Of a stretch of 64,000 nt of DNA, positions 26,001 to 41,000 are shown piece by piece. The first letter of the stretch is position 1. Each line of letters starts with the position of its first letter. Made by a program: the position numbers and the translations under genes. The notes below the pieces were generated by a model, which had not been told where the DNA came from, did no database searches, and saw only the letters and a program-made list of their open reading frames with translations. Source of the stretch: Catajapyx aquilonaris (taxonomy: Eukaryota); NCBI GenBank assembly GCA_000934665.2, contig JYFJ02000239.1:62001-126000 (forward strand). Direction: 5' to 3'.

Positions 26001-29000
26001 CCCCGACTGTGCTGCATTTCTATATATCAACCATTATGTCGTATGATCAACCCACACAGCACTTCCCTTCAATAACATTTAAAAAATTATATTCAATATA
26101 TTTAAATTTAGAAAATTTCCTCTTAAAATATAAGACAATTTGTTGATTTTTGTTTGTTCACTTATCGCACTACGTTTGCAATATCACTTTTGAATATACG
26201 AAGTGAAATTCTAGAATTCGTACTTGTTTTTCCAAGCATGTCTATTACCACATTGCAACTTCCTAATTAGCAGCAAGCACCTATAGGCGCAGTTTCCTAC
26301 ATTCATCCCCTCCTATAGTGTTCTGAACACTTATCCAACCCGCGTAATCGTGGATAAAGCTTCCTAGCTCCTTGTTGCTCCAATCTTAGCCCCACTTTCC
26401 TCTTCCACCCTCGCTAAAAACTTTGGCAGACTCCAGGGGAGAAGCTAGGCGGAAAATTAACCTTAGGCTTGGGACGGGGATTTGCATAATCCTGTTGGGG
26501 GGATGCAGGAGGGTGGGATTCCTTCCGAGGAAATTGAGAGCGTCAATTTCGAGTACGCATCACCCCCACCCAAAGCACTGAAGCACTCTCCACTTCAGGC
26601 CAGAATAACACCCCAACCTTGCCTCGAGGCACTGATTGATCGCATCCTTATAATTGAAAGGAAAACCTGTGGGAAGCTTTGATAACATCTACTCACCCCA
26701 GAATGAGACGAAGATGGCGTAGAAGACGGTACCGGGGTGATCAAAAAGATAGGCGATCCTGGCATAGGCGCAGATGTCGCTGAGGTCCCAGTATCCGCAA
26801 CCAATTTCTTCGTCGCACAATGGACACATCTTGAACTTTCCTTGGCTGTTGCACACCTCTTCGGCAGGGTGGTTGAAGGCCAGGGTGGCCAGGCCGTACA
26901 GAAACACAAGAAGACCCACGATTGCAGCTGGGAGAAGCCATCCAGTGTAGAAACCTGGTTGGAAAGTTGGACAACAAAATGTCAACTTAGAAAGAAATTT
27001 ACAGGGTGGTACAAAATGAGCGGTTATAGTGTTTAAGGTTGACTTTTGGGCGTGAATTTAGTGTCAATCCGGCTGTCACGACCTGTCGCATTGGCCTCAA
27101 AACATCCTCTCAGCCCTTATGAAGCCTGTTTTATTGATGACTTTTTCCTAGTAGAAAGCCTGTCATTCAATTCCCCCAAGGCGCTGAGAAAGAACTGCAG
27201 ATATCTGAGACCTGTCAAAATACTCATCTTATAGCTTTACCTTATTTCTCCATTTATGCAATTAGGTCTCTGGAACGTCATTCCTTACTTAAATTTTATC
27301 TTTACCGCCTCGCCTAAACCAATCAAAACGTCAAAGGCAGCTTATGTATCATAATTACATTCTTGGCGTTTGACTCCGCAATAATTCACAAAGAGGCTGG
27401 CTTTTCCTCCCCTTATTATTAAAGGACTATATATGTGTGCTCATTTAGTCCTCGTTACAGCAGAAGTTGCAATTAGGCGGACAGGCCTGCAAGCGAAAAC
27501 CCGCAACAGCGACCGGAATTAAGCGTATAATTCACTCACTCACCTAGCCAGGCAAAATAAACTGCAGTCTTCTCTCCAAAATACTCCCGAATATGGTCCA
27601 GAGGCTGGTACTTGTACCACTTGCCCCATCTAGCCCAGTACTCGTACAGGACTTGCCGAGGATTCAATCCGCATTCGGTTGGGTACTGGTGGGATGTCCT
27701 TTCGTACGGACCCTGAGGAATGAACAAAGGACGTCTAAAACTCTTATCATAAAGTTGGCATTATTTGCGAGGGGCATACGCCAACATTTGTGTATATGCA
27801 ATTGAAGTGTCTTAGTTGGCTACTTATTTTGCCATTTGGCACACCCTGTAGATGTGGAGATCCTGATTTGTATGCAACCAAAGTGCTTCTCTTGTCTGCC
27901 GGAGGCGCAGCTTTTACAGGCGCTAGGTCTTCGCGAAATGCTATGGGTCGGAAAAGACTGGCTGAAAGGTTAAAGGTAAGTCAGTCCAATTTGCGAAAGT
28001 TTTCGGGGAGAAGCAAAAAAAAATGTGCCTGACTCATAAAGCGGTATACTCACAGTCATATACGAGCGCATATCGTACAATCCGATTATCTCTTTTTCTA
28101 ATCACAGTTTACGAGCATGAAACCTCCACTCCTTATTCTTGGTAATGCCCACGACCTTCTGTATAGCCATAATAACGATTCTTGTGAGGAACAGAAGCGT
28201 TGGTACTTTGACCTCTAGGCGAAAATCGCAGATTATCGCAATGATCGTTTTGTATAGTGTCGTACACAATTTTGTGATATTCCTGTATTTGTATTAACTG
28301 TCGATCCTACAGTCTATTTGGTGTCATGTTAAATGCCCATTTTAGCAATAATTAGATTTAAAGTAATTATCCATTATCAGTACACTGTGACATCAAAAAA
28401 TAATTGTGATCAGAAATTACTATAGATCCGTTCCATCATCAAAATAATAGAAAGTTTCTTTGCTATTTTCCCGGGGCAACAAAGAAACCTCTAATGGATT
28501 AATACAGCAATGTAATTACCAGATTGCTACATTAAGCGCGCTACACTGTATCAGAACTTGTATCAGCTCAAAAACAAGTTAATGCAGTGTAAATGCGCGC
28601 TTGTTGAAACATGTCAGAATTCGTCCCCCAAAATAAACCTGACAACAGCTACAGTCGTGTCACATTAAAGAGTCTATTGAGACAAATTTTGGTTTCATAT
28701 ATTCAATGCTAGAAATTCAGGTCAAGGTTTTCTACAATTTTGCTACAAAATGCCACTTTTTAATATAAAAAAATATCGAAAACCAATATAATTAATTATT
28801 AATAACTTTCCTCGAATGATTAATGCTAAGAAGGTCTTACTCCACTTTTATTAAAGCAGCCCCCCCAACAACCGGGTTTTATTAAGGCGGCTTGCAATGC
28901 AAAACCACTCTCCATTATTGCTTCGAGATAATGCATTAGCCCTGAAGCCAACCCGCACACAAAAAACCCCCAAATTCCCAGCGTGGTTTAAAACACTTGA

Positions 29001-32000
29001 AATATGTGCTTGGAAACTACTAAAGTCGCATAGCTTGACCCTCCTCTTCGTGCCTCGTTCAACAGGAAATTGCTTAGGAAGATTCAGAAAGTCTTGAGAG
29101 GAAAAATTGACGGTAATTTTTGAAGGTATTTTTTTTCTTGACACCTCTAACAGGTTGGTCCAAATTTATATATACTTCAGACGTTTCCCTGAGAATCATT
29201 ATGAACGTTACTTTAGGAAATCCAAGCTCTTGGGCTTCCAATTACAAGCTTTTCCAATACTTTTCTACGTTTCTGTTGACAACCCTTGACAAACTGGAAA
29301 CTGATGCTGAAAGCTAACACTTTCTAGCCTTTTCCGGCTGCAAAATGGCCGTGTCGTACCCGGCTCATTAATCAGTGTAAATGCACCGGAAAATGTATAT
29401 ATAAATGAGTTTGCACTTCGACACGTAATAATGCAACATCATAACAGATCGTTGAAAGTGAATTATATTATTAAATCAACACGCATCTCATTAAAAACAT
29501 GGAATAATATTGTTCGTGATGAGGTGTACTAATCACAACGCAATTGTACTGTAGCTCTGGTTTCACTCCACATTTGTGGCATCGGAGACTGTATGTATGT
29601 CCTGCGGTTATGGCTTTATCAATAAATAATATAGGAAAATGATAAATTTGCATAAAATATATGGAGTAATTACTCGCATCCACCTAATTTCACGAAGCGA
29701 CACATGGCCATAAACCGCCTGATTTATTGCATAAGTAGGCTTGGGTTTGATTATAGTGGCTTTATCGCTCTTATCGCGCGTAGGAAGGTCTAACGCAGTG
29801 CAAAAAATTACAGCTGAATTTGTGTAGAGTACGGAGTGGAGCATGTGTACGCAGGCCTTTCAGCGTAAACAAACGCCTTTCTTTGCAGCTGGCTCTAAGC
29901 GCCACAGGTTGACCTCAAGCATTTGCTATAGAATCACTGGAGAATATTTGATGAAATCTGCCTTTAATAACTACACCATTAAGTTGATTTACCATCAGAT
30001 ACAGCAGTAGCAATAATTGCTCACTTGTTGCAATTTCACAATTGAAATTAAATAAAGTACAATAACTATAATAGCTAATACTTATCATTGTTATCAATAA
30101 TAAAATAGTGCTAACTGAATGCAGCCTTTCCAAGCAAGTGGTCAAAGAGAATGCACTTTGAAGTGCGTGCTTGCAGTGAAGGTCAAGTCAACATGGATGC
30201 ATTACGGAGCCAATCGGTCACTGAAGCCCATTATGTTCACTGACAGAATCACTCGAGGAGGCCGCCTGCTGTGTTTAGAAGGTCAAAAAATCAGTGCTAT
30301 AAACTATACTGCGCACACTACGATGCCAAGTAAAGAGGTGGAGGGGGGTGCCCCATTAATTATTCGCCATTCCCCAAATACCTTGCATCCACTGCGAGTT
30401 TGTGATTGCCTGCAGCTCGATACAACACAAGGGCAGAGGATGTAGGTTTCTATGGCAAGTAATGTAGTACAAGAGGTATCACAAGCATATTATAGCCAAT
30501 GGTAAATAAATAAATAAATTTGCACCTTGTGACAAAAATTGGCTTCCACTTCATTTCAGTTTATGTCTTAAATTGAGGATCACATTTTCATTGGTGCATA
30601 TACGATTATTAATGTGCTAACAGACTGATCAGGATTACCGGTGCGTTATTATTCATCCCTCATGCGGTGTCATAAAAAACTAGTGCTAAATCTATTCATG
30701 AATCGGCTCAAAAAGTAATTGCATTATTCATTGCTCAAACCTCCATATATCGTGTTTCCATGCTCTGCCATAAATATCCTCCAGCGAAAGTCTGTTGGCG
30801 ACAAAAAAAGGACCGTTTGTCAAGCGAGAGATGATGTCTCCCAACGGGTATGTTACACCGTCACGCTCCTCTGTCATCAAAGAGGCCTTGCGGGCCTGAT
30901 TAGAAAATCGCAACACGACAAAATAATAGGCCAGGCTACCCTATTTTTCGCCCACAAAAACCGTTCGATAGTTTTGGCGGCCCCCAGGATAGTTTTCCAC
31001 CACGTTAACCTTGAGTGCAACCGAGCGCCTCTTTTCCAGCTCAATACATCAGATACAAAACTTTCTCAGGTTTTGGGGAGGTTCGCCATATCAGCCACTT
31101 CACTATGCTAAAATTACGTATTTCAAGCACAAACCCTAGAGATGAATCCGCATTTTTGCAAAAGAAAAAAAATTCAATTCTGCGCTTTCCCTCTCTCTAG
31201 GATTTATCTTCCTATTCAGCAGAGAACACAAGCACTTATCTATTCGCGGGACGTGGCGTCTGCAAAATAGGGGCTCCTTCAATAGTCTCTCTCTGGAGAT
31301 GTCTTTGTCTCGAACTGGGTCGCTCGACAACTGACCTCCCTTCCCAAAGGACCATGTTGTCGACGGGTTGCATGCAGATAAGAGCTCATCTGCTGTCAGT
31401 CAGGCGGAAAATTTTGCAGGGTGTATAGAGAGAACAATTTCATCAATCATGTTTCCATCACAGCAAAAGAGAGCTGACAATACATCAAAAACTGGGCATT
31501 TTCCCCTTTGAGTTTTTGGATGAATAATACATGTGGTTCTCCTTCAATATACGAAAAGCCAGTAATTTTTATAGATGCAAGATATTGTTGTCCAAATTCA
31601 CAGGAGTGTTGTGCACCCTTTGCATCAGAAGGATCCGGTAGTAAATGAAGCATTTACTGAGCGATGTAAAACGTCAAGTGCTGGCCGTTATCATGCAGGA
31701 TAGACCATTCTAAAGTACAAGTAGCAGATGGTGAAATGTGGATGTCTTTATTGCAAGCATCGCCTTGGAATTACAAGCCGTACGAAATCGTTCTGGATGT
31801 CCACACTAGAAAGATTGCTTCAGCAGTTTCGAATGATGAGTTTGGCCATGTCGTATAACTCGTTTTAAAGCCCTATCCAGATGACAGTCCAGAGGAAAAT
31901 GGAGAATGAGCTTAGCACAGCATGGCCCATTACTATTTTCTTCAAAATATGGCAGTAAAGTATCATTCATCTCCCGATGAATATCAATAACAATCATGCG

Positions 32001-35000
32001 CATACTAAAACTAGTAGAGTACCTCATGCAGCACTTTGCTACAATAACTGCATAACAACTAAGGTACGACTGCATACAGCTATTGTTTGGAGAACGTGTA
32101 ATTTGAGTAACATACCCTTCGAAAGTGTAACCTAGTAGCCAATAAAAACTGCGTGTTTTGATTGATATGAACATTGGCGTGACTCTCTAATTACAACCTT
32201 GCATTACATAAGCAAGAAATTACGTAATGCCAACTCACCACTATTTCATCCGCAGACTACAGAGATTAATATTATCCTTTCAACACATGGGTTTGCACTA
32301 TATTATTTTATTAAATGTCGTAGCATCCAGCATGTCCATAAATAGGGTTCAAAGCACTGGCCAAGTCCACAGTTCTGTTTTAAACACTGGTAGCTAGAGT
32401 AAAAAATTAACACCTTTTCCTTACTTCCATTATTAAACTTGAGACTTGGCCACTGCCCACCCTGTACAGTATACTACTTCTCTTGAACTACATTCAACGC
32501 TAAGCGCAGCTAATAAATGTTGATTATGTTGGCACATGACTAACAATACATACAGGGTGTTGCAAGCAAATCCTTTTAGTAACCATTAACAGTTAACTGC
32601 CTAGAATAACAGCTTAGTGAAAAAATTGCTAATTTAAAAGGAAATTTTAACTGCAACACACTGTACATATATACAAGTAGGAAAACAGATAACAAATATT
32701 GATATTTTCCTCTAATTAACTGTCGGTTGTATGAACGTGAGTTGATACAACCGGCCTTAAAACCACTGCGACTCGAGTGATCGGGCCACTTGTTTGCACC
32801 GACACAAGTCCAACGTGTTTGTCCTGTCCCGTATAATAAAGTCGCAACTCTCCCTTTAAAACGAGCAGCTTTATTCTGGAAAAGCCAAAACTCCGCCATT
32901 CCAGTGGCCCAATTTCGGAGCTAGTGTCGTCTCCAAAAGTCAGCCGCCTGCAATTTTCCGTTTTACTGCGTCGCAAAGAGCAGTCCTAGTTCTCAACCCA
33001 GGATAGAGTATGGGAAGGGTTTGGAGGAGGGTTCCTAATGGGTGCAAATGAAGGAGGAAGTTGTGTCCTGCATTTGACTCCAGAGGACACTGACGGAAAC
33101 AAACTTCCAAGGACAGTTGGAGATAGAGAGAGAAAAATGGATGGTCGATATGGGAGTGGTTCAGATTTTCGACCTGATCCCCCTCCGGGAGTTTTTGATC
33201 CCATTCATATGGTGATTTAAATACATTAAAGGTCCTACCTCAACTGATTCTGATCGAGTCCAGCAGGCTCGTGGCCACTCTGTAATAGGGGTGGGCCATA
33301 TTTCGTACAAATCTGGGAAGTTGATCGGTTTGCAAAACCGCCCCAATGTGTGAAATTGCCCCTCGAAAATTACTGTACGTGTTCGGCTACAAACCGTGCG
33401 TAGTTTCACGTATGTTCATCCCACGAGTCAGACCAGATTTCTCTCTCAATTATTTCGTTGAGGTACTTTTCCCTTTTCTCCAGTTGAAATGTAGCACTCA
33501 ACTATTTTCGGTGACGTTATAATTCAACTCGCTGAAGGGCTCAATTCTCAGTAAATTTTACAATAATTATATGTACGTAGTTTTATATCGCATTTTTCAA
33601 TGAACTATGACTCTATAAATTAGCTTTATCATAGAGAAAATACTGCCGGTGCATTGCACTGCACTGCATTAAAATAAATGGTGTAAAATTAAACCACATT
33701 AGCAAATTAAAATGATAATTATAATATAATAAATTAAACACACCATATGCATATAGGTCTATTAATTTATGACATTTGACATATTAAATATGAATTATCC
33801 ATTAATATACCGGTATCTCAACCATAAGAGCAACTTTGTGAGTGAAAATATTATGGGGAAATCGACGGAATATTTGTTTTTTAAATAAATAGATTGAATT
33901 TGCTCATTTCTTTTGCTGAATAGTAGTGGGTGCCATTTCCAGCATATACGTGTATGTAATGAAAACGACTCAAACAGAGCAGAGAACTACTCGAAATAAA
34001 TGGGAGAGATGTACTTACGTCGTGTAGAGGGAAAGCAGCGTTGTATGTGCCTTCTTCCACCAACCGGTCGATTCCAATTTCTCCCTTCTTTCTCTTCCCA
34101 AAGGCAGCCGTGGCCAAAATTTCATACACTATGCGACTCCTCTGAGTTCCGGTGAAGTAACAATCGTGGTTTTCACTCCCGAGAAACCTTCCAAGAGCAA
34201 AGAGCACAATGGGCATCTCATCTGGCCAAGTCAAACCATCCTCGACACCAAATTGCTGTATTGACATACCTGTCGATTTTGGACTTCCTAAACGGACAGG
34301 TGTAGTAGTCCAGAGGCTTGTTGGGCACTTCCTCGAACATGATATTGGGAAGCCGTAGAGACTTGAGCAGCCATTCAGACCAGTTGTTAGAAGGATTGGG
34401 ATGCGCCTGTTTTTCAAAGGGTAGTACAGAGACACGGCACGATTCAATTCCCACGAAAGCCTTGCATTATTGAACGGCTCCCGTATACAAAGCTTTCCTC
34501 TCAAAAGAGCCAGGGTTCTACGTTAGAAGTGTAAATGAAGCTTACCTGCAAAGGTGCCCTCATGTTCAGCTCCTCGGCAAAATGGCAGAGGACAGGCCAA
34601 GGTGCGTGCAGCTTTATAAAGTACAGGAGCTTTTTCCCACTCTCCACCACTTCCTGAAAAGTCGACATGGCAGGATTAAATATTTAAAAGGGGCCATTCA
34701 CACGTTTCCTGGGATTTTTGGGAGGCGATTTCATGGTCATTTGACGATTCTATTCGATGTGCACACTCTTAAATTAATGCTGCAATTTGCTGGATCTATC
34801 ACCTTTACATGCTTCAAGTTTGCCCATTAAGCCCTGTCAACAAAGCTGGTTGCCACATCCCAGCACAAATGGCGTGTCCTAACGAAGTCATGCACACCCG
34901 CAAGCAAATAAACAGTGTGTTACATTACGTACTGCGAGAACTTGGGCTCTATTATTGGCAGCATCGCCCCGAGTGTTAAAAGCATCCAGCTGAATAATTT

Positions 35001-38000
35001 TCCTCAACCAACGCTACTAATTACTACAGGGTCTAGGGACATCCTAATGTGCGAGAAAACAGAAAATGTCATTCTTTAAAAAATTGGTTCGCTGCTATTC
35101 AAAATATTTATGGCTCCAGCACCACTTCTGTTGATGCCACAAAACGACTCTCTCAGTGTATAACCAGAGTTGTCACATTCTGAGTTACTTTACCTTGCTC
35201 CAAAATGTTCGGCCCCCCCAAAAAATGACCCTCAATTTGCATTAACTGACAACGCCACGAGCATCTCCATCTACAAAGTTGTAATCCTCCTTCCCTTTCA
35301 AAATAAATGACTCGAGGACCTTTATGTCCCTGTGGTCTTAAGGATCTTCTCCGCAAAACTTGGTCATTTTGCAAACTTGAACATGTTCCAAGACACTCTT
35401 AACGCCCAAGTATTACAATTTAGAGAGTCACAAAAATGCGACAATGGAGAAGCAGACAGGCTTAAGTCTGTTTCCAAACATTTCTTTGGCAAATACCCAA
35501 CCAAGTTTGCATCTTTTGGACTGACCCATACCGAATTGTAAAAATGCAAGGTCACCTAAAAATTGAGGTCAAGTTTTACCTCCTCCATGTCGAGTCCCGC
35601 CTTCCGCAAGTTGGCCATGAAATGCTGTCTCCACTTGTCTTGCTTATCCGAGCGTTTTTCATGTGACTTGGTCGGCTTGAAGGTGGACTTGGACTTCTTG
35701 GCACTGTTTCCAACTTCTTCGTAGACCAAGACGAAGTCGATGCGACGACGTCCGTCACGAAAATAGGTGGTCCTTTCCTCCTCAGGCGAGACACGGAGGG
35801 TGATACCAACATCAGAGTCGTCATCTTGTGTCCTCTGTGGATGTTGAAAAAATTTGAATTGGTCAGAAAAATGGAACAATGAAGAGGGCGGCAACTGCAC
35901 GGTTAATTGGATAGCTTTCACATGATCAAGGCAGGCATCAAATCAGGTTTATTAACTCTGTGGCGTTAACAAAGCGTGGTCAGTACGCGGTGGGTGGTGT
36001 AATTGCACGGATTATGTCCGGTGCGTGCACTTGTTGCGATGAAATATAGCTGGCTATCTAAATATTTGATGCGGTTTTGGGTGATTTGTAAAGTCCCAGC
36101 TTTAGACATAACATGTTTACCTGCCGCTTGTCAGCAAGCGACTGAATAGGCTCTCCTCTCAATGCGCAGGTGCAGAACGGAGGCCAATCGGAAGCCTTCC
36201 ACAAACACGCAGAATATAGACTATAGGCACCAACTTGCCAAAATTAGGCAAAAAATTAGGCAAAATTGCGAAAGTGGAGAGACGCGGACCAGGCAGCGAC
36301 ATCCGACGGTGACGTGCCGAAGTAGGGCGGTGCAGAAGTAAGCGAGTCGCCACCCAGGAGGTGGCGCCCCGCGCCCGGAACGCCGGAAATGGGAATTCTG
36401 TGGAAAGGTCGGGTCGGCAGTTTTTTTTGCGTTTTTAAAATTTCCCTGGGCACTATTTCCAAAAAACAAAAGTTGATTCCAAATATATAGAACGCGGGCT
36501 AAATTTTGACACCACTCCCAATCCTGTAGGCCGTACGGTGCGGGAGGAGTTGTGGGAACAGTCGGGTATTAATAGTATAGAAAATGACTGAATGTGTTTT
36601 AAAAAATCAAACGAATAATTTTAAATCTACCAATTTTAGTGTGGAATTTTTCCATAGCAAACACTTGTTCTGTAACCATTAAGTACTTTAAAATCGTCCA
36701 GCTTAAGTACACACTGAAAGAACCGGCACTGTACAGACCAACCCGGAAAGCAAGGATTACCCCAGGATTGCAAATACCTCAACCTTTACTTTACTGTCGG
36801 ACCGAGCCTTACATCCCACCCACTCTATGGGTGTATATAAGCAGCACTTCAATTCGGTAGAAAACCTCTTTCGCCCACCCTTACCCTCAAAAAACAGATA
36901 TTTTCCCAAGCAAGGATCGACCATCTCATGTTTCATCTCGGGCTTTTAGAAACCAGTTCGGCTCCCCCAAAAAAGGAGCTCCTTTCACGCCCTGGAGTGA
37001 AACTCTTGAGCTTTTGGAGTTTGTGAAGTATCGTGTATGCAAATAGGACAGTCTCAGATATGACACGCGGGGATATGAAGATATGGTGGAAGTTATGAAG
37101 CTTTACGTAGGTGGTCATAAACGAGTGTTTTTGGATCAATACGGACAACCATTTAAAACTATGCATTATTGTGGGCATATCAGCCAGCAATTTATTTAAA
37201 GCCAGCGTAAAATTTACGTAAAAATCCGCAAACTTTGGTAGGCCCTATACATACTGTACATTGGTGGATAAAAATCTTTAAAAAACCGAGCCATTTTTAG
37301 AGCTACACTTGACATCTCCACTTTTCGTGTTGGATTCCAGCAATCGTTACGATCTGCGAATTAAGAATTAAAGTGATGAATTAAGCGTGCCTGCCAATCA
37401 CCTACAGTCTCGCTATTACAAGGCGTTTCTATTGCAGCTTCATCCATCTCCTAAAATTAGACGCGTTAAATCCAATAACTCTCGTGTCCCTAAAAAGAAA
37501 CTTCGTTTCTCAACAAAGTGCAAACATTAATCGGGGGGAAGAAGCCCATTTGCCAAAAACCAAATTTGGTAGTCGGTTCCTGTCGAAAAGTGCTCCTTCA
37601 CACGGAGGATCCATCACTTGAAATTGCGTCCAGTTCCCGACGGAGACTCAGAAATTGAGACCAGTTCCTTTTGTTGATTACACCAAAAAACCAATGTAGT
37701 GGAAAAAGAAACAACCGCGACCTCACCATACGTCTTCTTTCAAGAAACTTGTTATTGGGAAATAAATGACTTTCGCCCCAAACTTTTTTTTTTCACTGCT
37801 TTATATTACTGCCGGGAATACCAGAATCAAATAAAGTTTTCTGATGGGTGTTGAGGCGTGTGCACCACTCGCCACTGGGACAACAATGGCCAAAGCTGTG
37901 CAGAAGGGCTTTTTTTCATTGCATGGCATGTCGACTAACCGGCTGACTCCTATCGATTACCTCACCGCGAAACAGCATTGCAAGCTCGAAACTTTTCCAC

Positions 38001-41000
38001 GTACAAGATGGATACACACAAACACATGACAAATCACATGAAGCCAACTTTTAACACACAACATTGTTGGTGATAATAATTAAAAACATGGCACTGGAGT
38101 AATGCTATCAAGCCATTATAACTTGTGGGCTAATATGAAAAGGCACTTCATGCCACCGGTGTTACCTCAAGGCATAGTTAATCGCATTATTTGTAACAAA
38201 AATTGAATTAGAAAATGCATTATGCAAAAATGGACACGTCATGCTTATCCCCCATGAATATTCAGCAAAGGAAAAATTGCGGGATCCTATCACACTACGC
38301 AAACATTTTGCCACATGTGACTCATACGACCTATTTTTCTTATTCGAATATATGCATTTTGTTCACAGTATCGATTGTTGGGTGGAGTATACCTCTCAAG
38401 GCAGTAATGGACATTGCCATACTGGACGTGGCATCATCAACAAGTTTCATTGAAAAGTTTTTTGCTCAACGGCACTACTTGTGGTATTTAACAACCACCT
38501 ATAAGAAGTGCATGTTATGATTATGTGAACGAAACAAGCCCGTTTCGTTGATGGTGTGACTGACCACACCCAAAACAGAGCAAAAGGTCAAGGGCACGTT
38601 TCTTCTTACAATTTGAGGCATAATTAATAAAAATTTTGAACACGACTTTAAAGCTTCCAGTGCTTACGTTAAGTCCCACATTAGTCTAACACATGCACGT
38701 TTCACTCCTAGAAAAGCGAGTTCATATTGTACAAAAATTTGCATAAAGGTTTCTGACAAAAGGCGTTTCACCCGTCGCTGCGCTGTAGCAAACCGCCTGC
38801 CACATAAACAGATTTTCAGACACTCCAGAGTTACACACGGAAGCACACACACAAAAAAACATGAACTGTGCGGAGGGCAAAGTTTCCTGAAACCGGGTTC
38901 TATACCATTTTCATTATTCATGGATGCATGCAAAGGATCCATTTTCGGAAATAAGCTTCCACCTTTAAAACAATAATTCACTTTCACATTTCCCAATTTC
39001 CACATCTGCTATCGTATAAACACCCATCGAATTTCGCGCACATCTTGGCCTCCTATAGTAGGTCAGTGGGTCAAAAGTCAACAGAAGCGGTTGCAATTAG
39101 TGCTAAGGTGCAATTGGGTGATATCCCAGCTCTCGACATCTTATCGAACACCGCACAGCAGGTCGATAAGGACCTAACAATGTGCTGTAGAACCAGTTTT
39201 TCCCCCCCAGGTTGTTGATGCAACCAAATTACACACTCACCCCGTTAATTGTCACCTCGCAGAACAGCTTTCTGGCCTCCCGTGTTCCGACACGATACCG
39301 CGTTGTCATTGTTAAGTGACGGACGAGGAGTACTCGGCGTACCTGCACCGCTTCATTTAGAACACACCGGGTATGTACCGGTCTTGCACATACCGCTCCA
39401 AACACTGCACTTTTTTGTGTGTAGTCAAAGGGTTGTGGTGCGGGGGTGCACTTATTGATAAATCAATGGAACGCACATGTGGGCAGCGCAATGTTCGGGA
39501 CTAAACTGACAGAGAACCAACACTGTATGGCAGGAAAGGGAACGAGAGAGGGAAAAAAAGGTGGCATCAATTATGGATCCATTCTGCCCGTCTCCATTCG
39601 CCAATATCGTCAGCCATTGCCTACAGACGTCACTTTCTGAGGAACAAAAAGGCGCGTGATTTCAATATGTAAGAACCTGCACTTTTTTTCCCCCTGGCAA
39701 TGTAGCGCCATATTGCAAAATTTCAATATACGAGCAATATTGAACACATTAACTTCAATAAAAATTCTAGAAAAATCATCGGGGGACCTACAAATTTATT
39801 AAATTCGAGAAAACTGGTGTTTCTTATTTTTTTTTGTAAGTGGGGTAAAGTGGGTGAGAGGGGGTAAGGGAAAGGGAGAGATGGGTCGCCCCTTCCCCGG
39901 TTTCTCTGCCATGGTTGCAAGGGCCCAAAATCGATATCACTGCAGTATATACAGTAGGGGTCGGGTTCTGACATGCAGTAGACGGTCCGGTGTTCCTGTA
40001 CAGACACAGTACATTTTGATTAATGATAATGAGAATAAAGCTACGCACTGGGACATGCGGTAGAACCAGGTTGGCAATATCAAATTAAGAGAAACGGATC
40101 TCGAGCTCGCGTGATGTTAGTGCGAAAATGGTGGTCAGCAGAATGGGTGGCCCTCTTTAAATTTTATGTATTCCAATTGATGACGTTTCAAACGACGCAC
40201 CAGGGCTATAACTGAACGGAGCTTTAATTCTCGAATGAGCACTTTTGGACTTTATGCCTCGATTTACATGAGGAGCGGAGCCTGGGTGTACAAAAAAAAA
40301 AAAAAAGTCTTGCGCCTGCACTCAGAATGCTTATGGCTGTCCACGTTCATCAACACCCGCATCAAATATACTGCTAACGTGAAACTTCCGTATGCATTAA
40401 ACATAAAATTTACATAACATTATCATGGAATTACTAGGAGATATTTTTTACTCCACCTGCGGAAACTATCGTGGAGCATGCGACCAACGCACTTTTTTTT
40501 TGAATGTGCAGGGTAGCTGTATTTCAGGCGCAAAATTGCATTTTCTGAAATTGCAGAGCCATCTATTATTTGCTACCATTTTATTAACCTCCAGGCAATA
40601 TTGCTTTGAACTTACAAAATAACGGTACCGGAATCTGAACATTGCGACAATCAAGTTCCAATATCCAAGCCGCATTCTCTCCGGAGCTCGTCTCAAATTA
40701 CATTCTATATGAACTTGGTACAATAAACAACTCCGAGCCAGAGCTTGAAACGTGAACGCCACATTACTCCTTTTAGTTGAGCGAACAGTATACTACGTAC
40801 CATGCCTGGGAAAATTAACCACCAGAAAATGGACATTTTTTTGTGTCCTTCTGCCTGCCTGTCTGCTAAGCGCATCGTTCTGCCTAAAACCAACTTTCCA
40901 CCAGTTTGACAAATTGCAGTATAATGCTCGACCCGAGTACTAGCCAGAAGCACCGAAAGCATTGGCTGCCATTAACCAAGGACGTCCTGCGTAAATGGGA

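Noticed and set aside
25592..26146. 184-aa plus-strand ORF
   Set aside because: Antisense to an anoctamin exon and running into AT-rich intron; no recognisable motif.
27001..27850. tacagggtg ... caccctgta ends as one Tc1-like element
   Set aside because: Only the short terminal motif matches and the span contains a conserved anoctamin exon; more likely two separate remnants.
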